Part shown: positions 13,029 to 26,550 of the stretch, piece by piece
Position numbering within the stretch: the stretch's first letter is position 1
Layout of the letters: each line of letters opens with the position of its first letter
Assembly: GCA_035084275.1 (NCBI GenBank)
Contig: CM068748.1
Coordinates: 2,914,001-2,978,000 of the forward strand
From: Hydrolagus colliei
Taxonomy: Eukaryota
Direction: 5' to 3'
Length of the DNA: 64,000 nucleotides
Made by a program: the position numbers and the translations under genes
The notes under the pieces: model-generated
Seen by the model: only the letters and a program-made list of their open reading frames with translations
Told to the model about the DNA's origin: nothing
Database searches by the model: none

Positions 13029-13379
13029 AAATGAATTGTGAATAGTTGCATGAAAATACATTTGTCAAAGGCTGGCAGAGTGCAGCCAATGACAGCTTAC
13101 AAGCAGATGCTTCATAAATGTGATGCTGATAGCTGGGATTACAACTATTCATCTGATCATGCCCTACAATGAGACTAGTTTCCCAGTAATCTGTCTTGCA
13201 CCCATCTATTTAATAATTGCAGCAGTGTGTTTTTGTAGGATAACAATCAAGTCTGACCTATTGCTGTGTCAGTGGGAGGGTGATTTTTTTTGTTATATGT
13301 TGCTGAGCATCAGGAAACTGTACTTGATCCCTGATTATTTAACTTTGTGACCTATTCATTTCCAAGAATAATTGAATGT

Positions 13380-13800
13380 GTGAATTACAGGGAAATAACA
13401 CGGGCCATTGCAGAGGCAATGCAAAGGAGAGCAAGTGCTAAACCCCAGTGTTAGAGAGATGATTGGAATCGCTGGATAAGCTACGGCTGTACAGCCTCCG
13501 AAACCTCTCAGAGTATATGCTACAGAGGATTGTCTAAAATACTACAAGTGGGTTAGAGAAAATTAACCCATAACAATACTCGGTATAATTCAAAGTAGAG
13601 AGCCCATGTTTAGGGCTACCAAGGGGAAATTTAGGAAAAAATGTGTTTGTATCTTCACGTGGAGAGAAACAACTGAAGGATTGAGGTTCCAGCTGGAGCA
13701 CTGAATTAAATTAAATTTAAGAAACCACATGATGTGTAATGGGAACATGTGAAGATGAGATCAAATGGGTTGTAGGGTCCTCTTACTCTGAACCTCTGTT
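13380..13800 (+). mobile_element. degenerate CR1 LINE 3' region
   Basis: gcaatgcaaaggagagcaa...gggaaatttagg...gatcaaatgggttgtagggtcctcttactctg resembles a decayed CR1 ORF2 end and 3' UTR. Confidence 0.5.
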
Positions 13801-14000
13801 GATGCTAACTATGCAAATTCGTTTGTATGTAGCTATTGTAGCACCACCCAGTGGCAAAACTGGCTCCTCCAAAACTGTTGATCCCATTTGTGCAAAATGT
13901 GGCAAGGAAAGTGCCCATTTCTTATTTTTACACCTTTCTATGCCTGCGAGCGTGTGTGATCTTTGGGAAGAAATATTTCACGCAAACTTTATTCTTTCAG

Positions 14001-14130
14001 CCTGGAGCCAGTCTGGAGCAGACACACATCTTTGTTCTGGCTCATATTCTTCGTCGACCAATTATAGTCTATGGAGTGAAGTACTATAAGAGTTTTCGTG
14101 GTGAGACTTTAGGGTACACACGGTTTCAAG
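14001..14130 (+). CDS. ZRANB1: ZRANB1 coding exon
   Basis: cag|CCT to CAAG|gtaagg. Encodes PGASLEQTHIFVLAHILRRPIIVYGVKYYKSFRGETLGYTRFQ. Confidence 0.96.
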
Positions 14131-17100
14131 GTAAGGAATTGTAATCATTTTGCCCTCCATCCCACCTGATCCCAACCCCCTGCTCGGGCCCAAATCCCTA
14201 ATAGTCCAGTGCCTTGGGACGTCCTCCTGACGTGTCAGGCACTATACAACTGTAATTTGTTGCTGTTAGCCACTTGCATAAATCCATATGAAGAACTTTT
14301 CCAAATGCTGCCTATATATAAAATAATTATATTGCACGTCTGTGCCAATGTGCTATATTTAGTGGTATCATTCCGGATATTTGAATCCAATATTTTTCCG
14401 TAGTAAAACCAATTATGTGCTTTGTGGTTGGTCTTGGCAAATTCTAGGTCAGTTCTGCTGATAGTAATTTAGCTAAAAATATCCTGAAAGATAATAGGAA
14501 TACTGGGCTGTTTTTACTTGGGTAAGAATTAAATGTGAATGGTGATTGTGTCTCATTTTCGAAACAAAGACTAAGTGTTCCACGCTCTTCTATAGCTCAA
14601 TAAATCTCAAATCCGGCCAATTTACAGAATTATGTTGTTGTATTCCTTTTTTAAAAAAAAACTTCACTCCTCCTGTGCTCAATGAATGCATAGACAGCCG
14701 TTTTTCTTGCAACATTGTCAGAATGCTGGTAACTAATTTTTATTAGGTGGCAGGATGGATGAAATTAATTGCAACATAAATATGTTGATTTTTACAGATA
14801 CTTTATTTGAGCTGAGGCAGGCGTTTTCTTTGGATATCTTTCTTTGATGAATGACTCAGGAATAAACTTCAATAATAAAGTCGTGTGCCAATTGGCTGCT
14901 GTGTTCGCCAACAAATAGTCACTGTACTTCATAGTGAATTCTCATGAAGTGGTTTGAGGTAACATGATGTGATAACTTGCTACTTCAGATGCAAGGATTA
15001 AAATTGTTATGAGCAAAATGGTACCTGGTGCAATCAGTGACTATCTCATGGTTTGAAAACAGCAGACTGGAATTAGATTTTACATAATTATCACTATAGC
15101 ATCAACTAGAAAACACAGCTCATCTCATTGTTGGTTTCAAAGAGTTTTAAATCTATCGGAATGTAGCCCACGGATTTTGTGAATCTTTATGCAGAAAAGC
15201 TTTACAAAGCAATTTTTTTTTCTTTTCAACCAATGTGTGATATTTTCAAAGAAATCTTCCCAACATCACTCACTGTCCTGGGCAACTGTAATTGAGCAGT
15301 AGAAATAATAGATTAATAAGGCGATGAGACCACAGTCAACCAGTATTAAAGAATCAATAACATTTATAATTTAGCTCAAAAGTATGGATTATCTAAGTAT
15401 TAAAAAAATTAAAAACAAAATATATCAGAAATGGTGCTTATTCATGATTATACAAAGTCATTGATTCAGATATTCAGCTTTAAATGTTCATATTTTATTT
15501 GAGCAGCTCAATTCAAATTCTGGCTTCTAATATTTGGGTTTTGAGTTTTGTCTAAATCGTCCTGTATTTTGGTTCACTCCAAACAATTTTTAATTCCTTG
15601 AATTTATATCCCTGTGAATCAGGGGGGAGTATTGGTCACTTTGGAATACTTCTTTATGTTTTGTGTTTATATTGTATGATGTCTGGATCGCAGTTTGGGA
15701 TCCATTGAAGGGTCTTTGCTTTTCTTCTGGTTTGCATGATTTCCACATCATTTTTTTAAATGGTTGGAAGTATAAAGGCAAAATTTTTAAACTTTTAAAA
15801 TAAGCTCCAGCGAGAGAGATTCTGAGAACTAGATAACACAATGGGGTACATTTAAGCTATCAAGTTTGCAGAATGAAGCACTTTGGTGCAATTCTCTGTC
15901 GCTTATTCAAGCAGCTGAATCGTTGACTGCTCTGCATATTATTTAATTAACTGTAAATCAATAGTTACTATTCAGACTCCAGTACGTTTAGATTTGGTGT
16001 TGGTGTACGCTTTGTTGAGCTTCATAACTCTTCTGAGTATTTTAGCACTTGTGAATGGTTCTCAGCAATATTTTAATAGAACCTTGAATGACTAATTGTA
16101 CTCCACTTTGGAATGTATCCAATCAGAGAAGTTTGCAATATTTACCATATGCTCAGTGCTGTGAGGGGTGTGAAATTTGAAAATGGAATAGTTGACTTTT
16201 CAAGCGTTCATTATGTGAATTAAGAATTTCTAGTTTGGAAAAATGGTATTTGCAAAGTTTCCCAAAATACCAAATCCAATCATGTTGGTAATCATACTAT
16301 CCTGTGAGAAATTTACTTCACTATCTCCACTATTTCACGCCAATAGAACAACAACTAAATTACATTTGTAAAGCACCTTTCACGTCAGGAGAAGATCCCA
16401 GGGCACTGAACTCCCTAATGGTCAGAGGCTGTCAACTTTCTTTATCCCCTTTGTAACCTTAAAACCTTTAAATTAGATCCCTTTGGGAAAAACCCTTTTC
16501 CCAAAACAAGACAATTTCCTTAACCGTTCCTTGTGATTTTAATTTTCAATACTTGAAGTCACGTAGGTTTCCATCACTGTACTTTTTATCTAGTCCCAAC
16601 AATAAATCACAGTTGAGAGATTAGGTGACCTAAATGTACATTAATTTTAATTTTCTAACTTGCTTTTAGTCAGAAACAATATCTATTGCCTTTTAATTTG
16701 TACTCTTGTTATTTCTGCTAATATCCTAGTCTACATCTTACTGTAGATGTGCACTGGACTATTAGTTAGATTTATACCATATAACTCTTTTCCGATCCAT
16801 ATACCAAACTGGTACAATTTAATGAACTGCATTTCCTTGGTTCACCATGCCATTAACATCTTCACAATTCAAATTAATTTGTGCGGCATTTGTTATCACA
16901 ATAAATGAGTGAAATTAGCGTTGACTTAATAGTGGTTGAGATTTTATAGGAGCTAGATGACTGCCATAATTCTAATGCTTTAATCTAGTTTTTGAGCAAT
17001 TGAAGCAATTGTAGTGCTTCCAGATATGAATATAAGATGGAGATAGCAACTATAGCTAGCCTGAATTTAATAGAACCTATAGCTCTCGGTCCATGCTTGT

Positions 17101-17371
17101 CCTAATCAAACTTCAATAATGCCTCACTAATGGAAGATCTTGGAACTCTATTAAGCCTTTAGCATGTGGGAATTTATGATGGTTATGGATTAATTATTGG
17201 ATATACCACGTGCAACTGAGAATAGAAACTTTCCAGTTGAGCTTTTGAGAATCCAATTCTGCATTCCTCCTCCAAGCTCCACACAGAAGCTGAATCTGTA
17301 TCTATCTATGCAATCTTGACACTAGTTAATATTGGATTGAATCTAACCTGGATGTATTTTTCTCCTCCTAG

Positions 17372-17601
17372 GTGTGTACCTACCTTTGCTGTGGGAGCAG
17401 AGTTTCTGTTGGAAGAGTCCAATAGCTCTGGGTTACACAAGGGGCCATTTTTCTGCATTGGTCGCTATGGAAAATGTTGGCTATGACAATCGAGGTGCTG
17501 GCGCCAACTTAAACACAGACGATGATGTCAACATTACCTTCTTACCACTGGTGGACAGTGAGAGGAAGCTACTGCACATCCATTTTCTTTCAGCTCATGA
17601 A
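17372..17601 (+). CDS. ZRANB1: ZRANB1 coding exon with OTU catalytic His
   Basis: tag|GT to GAA|gtgcgt. Encodes GVYLPLLWEQSFCWKSPIALGYTRGHFSALVAMEN...LLHIHFLSAHE; GHFSAL is the His box. Confidence 0.96.
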
Positions 17602-18425
17602 GTGCGTACATTTTCTATTGTATTATTGGACAGCCTTGCAATTTTTTTTTACTTTTGCTTTCCTAGATCAGTGATGCCACTATACTGTACAGACAGTGGG
17701 TATTATTAATCCATCAACATTTTTGTTTGGTGTATTAAAGGGATTGTAATTTCCTTTGTAATCCAAGTCTTCTTATTCATGTGTGACTGTTTATAGGGAA
17801 AGACTGAGCGGACTTCAATGTTTGGTTCAAATGGAATTTAGACCCCAGAGGGCAAAATCCTGTGTGTGTTACTATGTTTCCCAATATCTTGCCATTCTCT
17901 AAAGAAGCTAACCTATCAGTAGATTTTAAATTGTTTTGTGTCCCTATCAGGAGAAACTTGCATTTTTTTAATAAAAGTGTAAGGATGGCGTAAGAACTCT
18001 TTTGGTGGCGTTTTTAAAATTCATGGAATTGTCCAAATAAACTGAAGTTATAGTTGTACAAGGTCAAACAGCTTTCCTTTTTTAAAAACAAAAATAAGGA
18101 TTAAATTGCTTATTTTAGGCTCTGTTTCTTTCATAAGAGAATTTTCAATTGACCTTATTGGGGAGCTGGGCAAATGTTAAGGCAGAAGCATGTGCTATTT
18201 TAACACAAAATTGCTATTAGTGGAAACACATCCTCATTCCTTTGGGAGAAATGCATCTCCCCAAGTAGTTCTTTGAATTTGGGGCATTGGTGTTCTTTTC
18301 TGTATTGGAAGAGAGACTTGGTATCCCCAAAGTATGTTGTATTGAATATGAAATACAGTGTTTTGAGGTGATTAATAATTGTGTATATAACTTTGCAAAT
18401 TGATCTAATCGAATATGTTCCACAG

Positions 18426-18644
18426 ATGGGTAATGAGGACCAGCAGGAGAAACTACTGAGAGAATGGCTTGACTGCTGTGTCACTGAAGGTGGAGTTCTG
18501 GTTGCACAGCAGCGAAGCTCTCGTCGGCGCAACCATCCATTGGTAACGCAAATGGTGGAGAAATGGTTGGACCGCTATCGGCAGATACGACCTTGCACTT
18601 CTCTGTCAGATGGTGAGGAAGATGAGGAGGAGGAGGATGAGTGA
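18426..18644 (+). CDS. ZRANB1: ZRANB1 last coding exon
   Basis: cag|ATG. Encodes MGNEDQQEKLLREWLDCCVTEGGVLVAQQRSSRRRNHPLVTQMVEKWLDRYRQIRPCTSLSDGEEDEEEEDE, stop TGA at 18642-18644. Confidence 0.97.
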   Translation: MGNEDQQEKLLREWLDCCVTEGGVLVAQQRSSRRRNHPLVTQMVEKWLDRYRQIRPCTSLSDGEEDEEEEDE

Positions 18645-20100
18645 CGGAAGTCGTCTGATGGAGGCACGGGCATTACTTCACTGGGAAGCCTGCAGATAGG
18701 ACTCTTCTAGTTTGTCATGCATCATGGAAAGTTTGGATACCAAATAGAAGTCGTGTTGGAGGTCTGATCTCTGGCCACAAAAAAGGCTGACACGTTGTGC
18801 CATGTTGAAATCAGAACTGGCTTAGTTGGACAACAATAAACTATGAATGCTAAATTTACTTTAATGTTAAGAGAAAAAGGCTTTTTCCCCCCCAAAATGT
18901 ACATCCTTAGCTATAAATGTACTGCATGTGGTTGTGTAAGAACTTGTGTAATAGGGAAAAAAAGTATACCAGCATCTAAAATAATTGAATTTATATTGGT
19001 TTCATAACGAGGGCACTTAAAAACTCATTTTAGATTCCTGTTTGTTCCTTCTAGATTTATTTTTATTATAGCCACTCATCTGTGGTCAATATTTTTTAAA
19101 ATACTTGTGCACATGTTCTCAGGGAAATCTTTTTATGCCAAATTGTGATGTTTTGGTGTTGGTGATGGTGTGTGTACTTTGATTTGAAGAATTCGGGGCA
19201 TCATGCATGGCAAAAAAACAACAAACAAATCCAAAAAGCCCCCGAGAACAAGTGCATGGATGATATTTTAAATGCAGTAGGTTTGAATACTATAATGAAG
19301 TAAAATCTGTAAGGAACAAAAAAGATGTTAGCTTGTGTTTGGAAAGTGTTCACCAAACTACTGTCTTTTTGTTTTCGGGTTTTGTTTTTTAAAAAAAAGA
19401 AAACTGTTATTCCGTAAAGTATGGAATCAACAAATTATTGTTTTCAAGTTCACAAATACTGTACATGTTCTCAGCTCTTCACTAATGTTCACTACTGCAA
19501 ACCTAGTTTAGCCCTGAAACTCTGCCAATGAATTCTGTTCCAATAAGCCTATTTATTTAAAGTGACCTGACAATATGAGGTACTTTTTTTTTCTCTCTCT
19601 CTCCCCTATAAAATTAAGTTCAGAAACAGTTGTGTGGATTTTGTTGATTGTTTACTCAACCCTGATGAAGAATTTCATGTTGCACAAATACATACTCTTG
19701 CTGTGAAAAATGTTGTTGAATGTGCTGTTGAGTTTTTTTTGTCTATGCAAATACTGTGCATCACTGCTAAGCCAAAGTATTCCACTGAACAAGGGTATTA
19801 TACTACAGTGAGTAAACTTGCTGCATAAAGAATTTAAAACCTGTCCATTTATGCAAATGGTTGTGTGTGTCTTGTTGAAAGTCTCTTGATTCTTTTCAGC
19901 CCTGTTTTGGCTATTACACTAAGTAAAAGCCCAGAATATTGCTAAGGTTAGAATCTCAATACAACTAGTTTACCGTGCAAACCCTAAAGTTCACTACATT
20001 TCACTAGCAGGCGTACAAATTAAATTTTTTGCTGTCTATTTAACTGGTATCATTTGTTTGAAAAGCATTGCGTTATCAGTAGTGTTAAAGAAATTAGGAA
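18645..20100 (+). other. ZRANB1: probable ZRANB1 3' UTR (end uncertain)
   Basis: AT-rich stretch after the stop with no recognisable repeats. AATAAA at 18835-18840 and AU-rich ATTTATTTA at 19551. Further AATAAA at 22363, 22780 and 22952 could mark a longer UTR. Confidence 0.55.
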
Positions 20101-20449
20101 CTGACAGGTAATTAATTACACGTGAAAATGAAGCATTTGATGGAATGTGAACGTGTAGAGTTTTTGACCACTCTTCCAGGGCGTTTGAAAATCATTATTC
20201 CTTCAGTGAAAATCGACAATACCCCCCAGTTCAGGTGATCCGTACCTTGTGAGAGCAGCAATGTAAACACATGCAGTATACTTTCTAGAGGTAAGATTTT
20301 CAACATGGACTGACAATCCCAGAAACACACAAATGTACAGAGCCAAAAAATATCTGTTCATCTACATGATCTCATAAATAGTTTTTTTTAAAGTGCACAC
20401 TTTTACTCTGCTTGGTTATTGATCGAGTCTACAAAAGTGCAGCCACCTT

Positions 20450-20675
20450 ATTATAATAATAATCCTTGATTCTGATATAGCACCTTTCACCTCTTCCAGA
20501 CATCTCAAAGTGCTTCACAGAATATACTGTAATGTGAAGTGACTGTATATTTGTGGATGAAATGTGGCAGCCAATTGCGCATATCAGCGTCCCACAAACA
20601 GCCGTGGATTGAAATGACCAATTTTTCAAATTTGATTGTTAGGTGTGTGGAGCAAGGAAAAACTTGCCCAAGCTT
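20450..20675 (-). mobile_element. young SINE, 5' truncated
   Basis: Runs from the tail to aaaacttgcccaag. Confidence 0.85.
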
Positions 20676-21419
20676 TATAATGGGGGCATGCTTTAGATTG
20701 TGGTGTCAGTCATCACATGAATGTTAGCGTAGACAGCTCACAGCTGCTCTCAAACTAAACTATTTATTTGGGATTTGAAACCAGCTGATGGGATTTTGAT
20801 TTAAAGTAATGTAATATTGGATCCACATATCTGTTATAAGTGAACCTGTGTGATTGTGGGGAGCACTATAATCATACATTTTTATAGCGTCTTTCAGGTC
20901 AAGAGCATGTCTCAAATTGTTTTCAACATCACCATAAGTGCATTTATATAGAGCCTTTCATGTAGGGAGGACATCTTTATACGGGCCTTGAAAGAGGCAT
21001 GAAAGTGTGTGAGGTGGAGGGCTTCAGGGATGGAGTTTTGGAAGGTGGAAGGTTGGGAGTGGGGGGGCTAAAGGCCTGAATGCTTACAGTGGGGTGGGTG
21101 GGTGGGGGTCAGAAATATTTAGTATGTCACAGAGGTGGGGAGTAGCAAGATTGGAGAGTGAGGATATTGAATTTGATCCTCTGGCGGGACGGGGATATAC
21201 TGTAAGAAGGAGTTACTAATTTTGGGGATGAACTCTGATGAGGGTTGTCCTGTGTTACTCGTTTAATTTGCTCTGGAATTTGACACAATTTCTCTGTATT
21301 GACTCAGTACTCAAGTGTTTATGTTGAACACTTGTCTAATAATTTAATCTGAACTGTTTGTTCCTTCTCTTTAATGCACAGTTGCATGATTTTACAGTCT
21401 CTCTTCATAACTCAGTTGC

Positions 21420-21765
21420 ATAATTTCAGTTTTATTGCCCTTCCACGACCCAAACCCCTACCGACCTGCCCACTTAGCAGGCTCTGGCCTGCTCCATGTC
21501 CCCAACCCACCCCACCATTGGCGGGCGAGCCTTTAGCCACTCTGCCCCCAACCTCTGGAACTCCGCTTTCCCTCCGTCTTGCCCACTTCCTTGCCTCCTT
21601 CAAGTCCCAACTCAAGATCCTCTTTGACGGTCCCATCAATCACCCCAAATCCCCCTCTTTCCCTCCACCTTCCCTGCCCCCAGCTCGGGTCTGAATCAAT
21701 GACAGTCCAGCGCCTTTGGAGGTCCTCCTGACGTGAAAGACACTATACAAGTGTCATTTTGTTAT
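21420..21765 (+). mobile_element. L2-clade LINE 3' fragment
   Basis: cccaccattggcgggcgagcctttagccactctgcccccaacctctggaactc (TIGGRAFSHSAPNLWNS) plus tail gacgtgaaagacactatacaagtg. Confidence 0.85.
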
Positions 21766-23809
21766 GTACTTCTAATTTCCAGATGCTGCTGTACTAAGTG
21801 ACATGATGAATTGTAAACAATGCAGCAGGTGGAATACAGGCTCAGGTACTATGTGATGCATGATCCTTTGGCTATACACTCCCAAGATATTTGCCTTATT
21901 TGAACATTGTTTTTATTTCAGAGATTTACCACTTGTTTCCTCAGATCTCACCTACGATCGATTCAGTACGATATCTCTCCCTAACATGGTGTACATTAAT
22001 ACTTGCTTAAGCTAATATCCACAGGCGTACACAATTTTGAGTTGATGTGCAACTGATTCTCAAGGCTGTGAAAGGTAAGCTTAGTTATATGACAAATGAT
22101 GTTTTTGCGTGAATTGTATAAATACATGCAGGAGTGCCTCGGGTCAGTTGCAAGTTCTGTGATGTGTGTTTTGGGAGATGGTGTCTTGAATATGTATAGA
22201 TTGTTCCTTGGGTGTATCGTATCATGAGTTACAAGACTATTTTGTGTGATGTCGATCTGAAAACGAACTAAAGAGGAATCTAGATCCCATAAGAATAGCT
22301 TGACTGATTGACAATTATCATATGAACATGAGTACTTAAACGTAGGGTATTTTTGTGTATGAAATAAAAGTGCAAGTTACTGCTAGTTAAGGACAGGGAA
22401 TGTAGATTTAAGTTGTGCATTAAGTAAGGAATTGAATTGAATCATTACAAAAAAGTTAAATCATATGTATTTATTATGCAGGGGGGGGTAGAAATATAGA
22501 AAATTAGCAGATTGCTTCATAAGCAATATATGCCCAAGTAAGTCATGTATGCGAATGCATTATCACTTATTAAAATAGCAAGTGTAATTACACACTGAAG
22601 GTTATACCAGCAAAAAGATTGTGAATATGTTAGTTGTTCTCTAGTTAATAATAATAGTACCTAGCAAAGGGAAAAAAATGATCAAATATCTTATGTTAAC
22701 ACGCAGTACACTTGATTTTCAAGTTTTTATTATTGTTTTGAATAACATCTGCAGGCAGAAACTTGCTGTATCCCAGTGCAATAAATGCTGACAATATGTT
22801 CAAACATTTGTGTGAGGCAGCAAAATGTGGCCTCAACGCGTTCTACACAAAGACTGAAGAAAACCAAGTAAACTGCATAATCTTATTCTAGGAGTCTGGG
22901 GTTGTGTTTTATGCACAAAACAATTTCTAAGGGTGGCTACATGTTTTTATTAATAAAGTGTATTTATAGCTACTTTTAACATTTGCCTTTGTCTAGCAGT
23001 ATCCTGGTTTAAAGATTGGGTTCCTGTTGGATATAATTTTTATGCAATTTAGTGTTTATAAAAAGAACAGACAATACCTTGTAAGGTTTTTAACATTAAC
23101 TGTTAGAAAGTATGTATTTTAATCCTGTTTGTTTAAACTTCATAGAAACATTTCCTTTTGCGTTAGTACAGCTAGTTATTCTGGTATGTAATTCTGAATG
23201 TATGTTAAGCATGTGAAAGTCTAAATTGAAATGCGACGGACGAATGGCCTGATTTGCATTGTTTAATGTAAACCAACATTTGCATGATAAAGTTGATGAA
23301 AGCTCTCGACAAGCAACAAGCACCTTGAACTGAAATTAGACAAGGTGATTGCGAATTCTAAGCCAATTTCATACATTGTCAAAATATCCTTCATCTTTTT
23401 ATTCCGTGGCTGCCTGCTTGCAGTTCCCGATGTGAAAGACACTCTTAAAATGTAATTTTGTTGTTGTTGTTTTTGCATTTTATAGTTCTATATGTCCTTA
23501 TTCCTATTTTAGTATTGTACTCAAACAACTGCTCCATCCCATTTGTTTCTATGGCTAGACAGAAATTTGTTGCGTGCAATTAAACAAAGCTATTGGTGTC
23601 AAGTTGCAAGTAGCTTTGTCTGAATGGATTAGAACAATGCCAATGTTGTCATTTAGAGTTGTGGCCGGGAACTTCCTTAGCATAATTTCCTGTGATATAC
23701 AAAATGGTCTGTCCCCTCCCTTTTAAAAATAAATGTACAGTATTTGGTGCTATTGTCCATAAATAATGCAGATGCTCACGAAGTTTTGCGGCCTGGCAAG
23801 CTGGTGAGT

Positions 23810-24065
23810 TTGGAGCTTATTTTCTAGACTGATATTCCAATGTGGTGCTGGAGAAACGCAGCATTATTTAGAAGGGTTATCTGATGGGCGAGTCTTTAAA
23901 CCAAAGGTCCCATCTGCCATCTCAGGTGAACGTTAAGGATCCCATGGCATCATTTACACGGAGAAGGGAGTTCCTTGTGTTCTGTCCAATAATCCTCCAG
24001 ACACAATTGATCATTCACTTACCTGTTGTGGCACATATCAACTGCACAAATGCCTTTGACAAAAT
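23810..24065 (+). mobile_element. older Deu-domain SINE fragment
   Basis: ttaaaccaaaggtcccatctgcc...caggtgaacgttaaggatcccatggca. Confidence 0.7.
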
Positions 24066-24082
24066 GACTTACTGTACACATT

Positions 24083-24345
24083 GGTGACCTCAAACAAATC
24101 AACTTGATGAGTTAGACATGATCTACTCTTCACAAATCCATGCTGACTCTCTTTATAATCAGCTTGTACTTCAAGTGCTGTTACTCTTTCCCCAGTGATG
24201 GATTCTAGTATTCCCACAAAAGATGTTAAACTGACAGATTTGTAGTTCACTGGTTTATACCTCCCTTCTTGAATAATGGACTGGCATTTGCAATTTCCCA
24301 ATCTATAGTCATGTTTCCCCTTCATAGCAAATGGGGGAAGATTCA
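24083..24345 (-). mobile_element. CR1 LINE ORF2 (reverse transcriptase) fragment
   Basis: Translation PVNYKSVSLTSFVG..LESI...SQHGFVKSRSCLT matches the CR1 RT motifs PGNYRPVSLTS and SQHGF..GRSCLTNL. Confidence 0.88.
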
Positions 24346-24987
24346 TTTTAATAAATCTGCCAAGGCTTTACGAGTGAACACAGAACTCGAACAAATTTGT
24401 AAGCAAATGGAGCAAAAACCTCAAGATCACTTAGCAGCAAGCTCAATATTTCACCCATTGTCCTCAATGCAATGTTAATCGTCCCAAGAGAATCTGACAT
24501 GAGAGACAGCTAATGACTGACCTTTGCAGTGTGCATGCATAAATCTCAACATGATAAATAAATGTACCAACAAGCAGAAAATTGACCTATCCTTGGTTCA
24601 CAATCAGCATTCCGGCTCTCAAAGCTGGATTCATCCAGCCTGAGGAAGATTCGACACAAATTAGGACAGTTCCTTTTTGTTAAGAGTAAACTTTAGGCAA
24701 TTTGTCAATCTTGTTTGCTAAATTTATCTTGGTGCTTTTCACTTCTCCATCTAATGGCTTCTCTTGGCTCTCCATAGCCCATCAACTATGAGAAAAAATT
24801 GCCCCAATTCTTCTCATTTGCCCCAATTTGGTTTGTTTTTCTCTAACCCTCCACCTGATCCCCAGCACCCTCTTCAAACTAGTTTTGCTGTCAAGAAGTC
24901 ACAAGATTGGTTTGGATGAAGAAGGCCCTTCAGCCCATTTAATTAAAACCATCTACAACACTTGTTGTAGATCCTAGTCCTCACTTT

Positions 24988-25340
24988 CAAGGCCATTCAC
25001 GGCCTTGCCCCTGCCTATCTCTCTGACCTGCTGTCTCCCTATCAGCCTGCCCATCCCTTTCAGCAGGCTCTGGCCTGCTCCACATTCCCCGCCTGCACCG
25101 CCCCACCATCGGCGGCCGGGCTTTCGGCCTCTGCCCCCACACTTTGGAACTCCATCCTGAATCCCTTTGCCTCGCTTCCTCCCTTTCCTCCTTCAAGGCA
25201 GGTCTCAAGACCTTCCTCTTCGACTGTGCCTTCTGCTCCCCTCCCAACTCTTCTCCCCTCCCAACTCTTCTCCCCTCTCCTACTTTCCTTCCCCCTACCA
25301 CGGGGCGCTCTATAAATGCAATTTTGTTGTTGTTGTTTAT
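24988..25340 (+). mobile_element. L2-clade LINE 3' fragment
   Basis: PTIGGRAF...LWNS...SLSSFKAGLKTFLF and a (ttg)n tail. Confidence 0.85.
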
Positions 25341-26359
25341 GCCACTATTTACCATTTGCTTCACAAAAGGCGGCAGAAAAATGAAATTAAAGCCCCTGAT
25401 AATGGAGAGGAAGAATAAATGTGTTAGGACTTGCATAATATTATTATCTCTTATCTTTTCACTCGCCTTTTCTGGATTGTTGAATCATTATTGAAGAATG
25501 GTGGTAACGAAACAGGGCAGGGCACTAAAAAGGGTGGGAGCTGAAATATGAGTTTGATGCGTCAATGATTGGAGTGAACAGGTTGAAATGTTAGAAGATA
25601 CATGAATGTTTTCCACGATGAAGCTACTGGAATTTGGCTTGTATACAGATAGTTTCAGAAGTATACCGTCTAAGCCTGACCTGCAATTTGGGGGATAAAA
25701 TGTTGAGTCTTTTTGGTCTTTACATTTCGTTTGCATGACATTATGTGTTCAGTTATCAAGGTACAGCAGTTAAGACGTTGTAGCTCAGAAATGCGTCAGA
25801 GTTTGAATCAGCTCAACACACGAACCATATCAAATTGATCCAAACTGTCTGACTTGTTCAACTTGGCTTGAGAGGTTTTATGTCGTCTTTCACTGGCTGC
25901 AATGTTTTACAGTTTTAATTGTGAGCGGAAAGACAGCAGGATTGGTGGCCTCCTTATTCACTTTAATGTAGATTATTCCACACAATGCAATGTCAGTGGA
26001 ACATTGTATGAGTTTGCATGTGCAAATATTAATGCAATATGTCATTTCCCACTCTACACTGAGGTGTGAGTGGTGCAAAATGCTACAAGTTGTACAATTA
26101 AACTGCTGGCAGTTTGTTAGAACTTTATAGCTCAAGGTGCCACAACACCAAAACAAAGACTAATATTACAATGATAAAGCATTCCATACAACACTTTTTA
26201 TTTCAGTCATATTATATTCCTCTCAAAATCTGCAAAATAAAGCAAGCAATTCTTAATATAAGTAAGATATGTTAAATTCTTGCTCTTTCTATTATCTGCC
26301 ATTATTTTTCAGATAACAGACCAAGAATGGTAAAGACTGAAATGTTCACTAAATAGGTA

Positions 26360-26550
26360 TAATAATAATAATCCTTGCATTTGATATAGTGCCTTATCAT
26401 GTCTTCCAGACGTCTCAAAGAGCTTTACGGAATACACTAAAGCGAATCGACTGCACATCTGTGGGTGAAACATGACAACTAACCCCAGACAGCAGTGTCC
26501 CATAAGCAGTTGTGAACTGAGTGACCTAATTATTATTGGGTTTTTTCTTT
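26360..26550 (-). mobile_element. young SINE 3' half, followed by an L2 fragment (about 26560-26790, minus strand)
   Basis: SINE tail and body match. The adjacent segment encodes SAPALWNSISESL on the minus strand. Confidence 0.8.
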
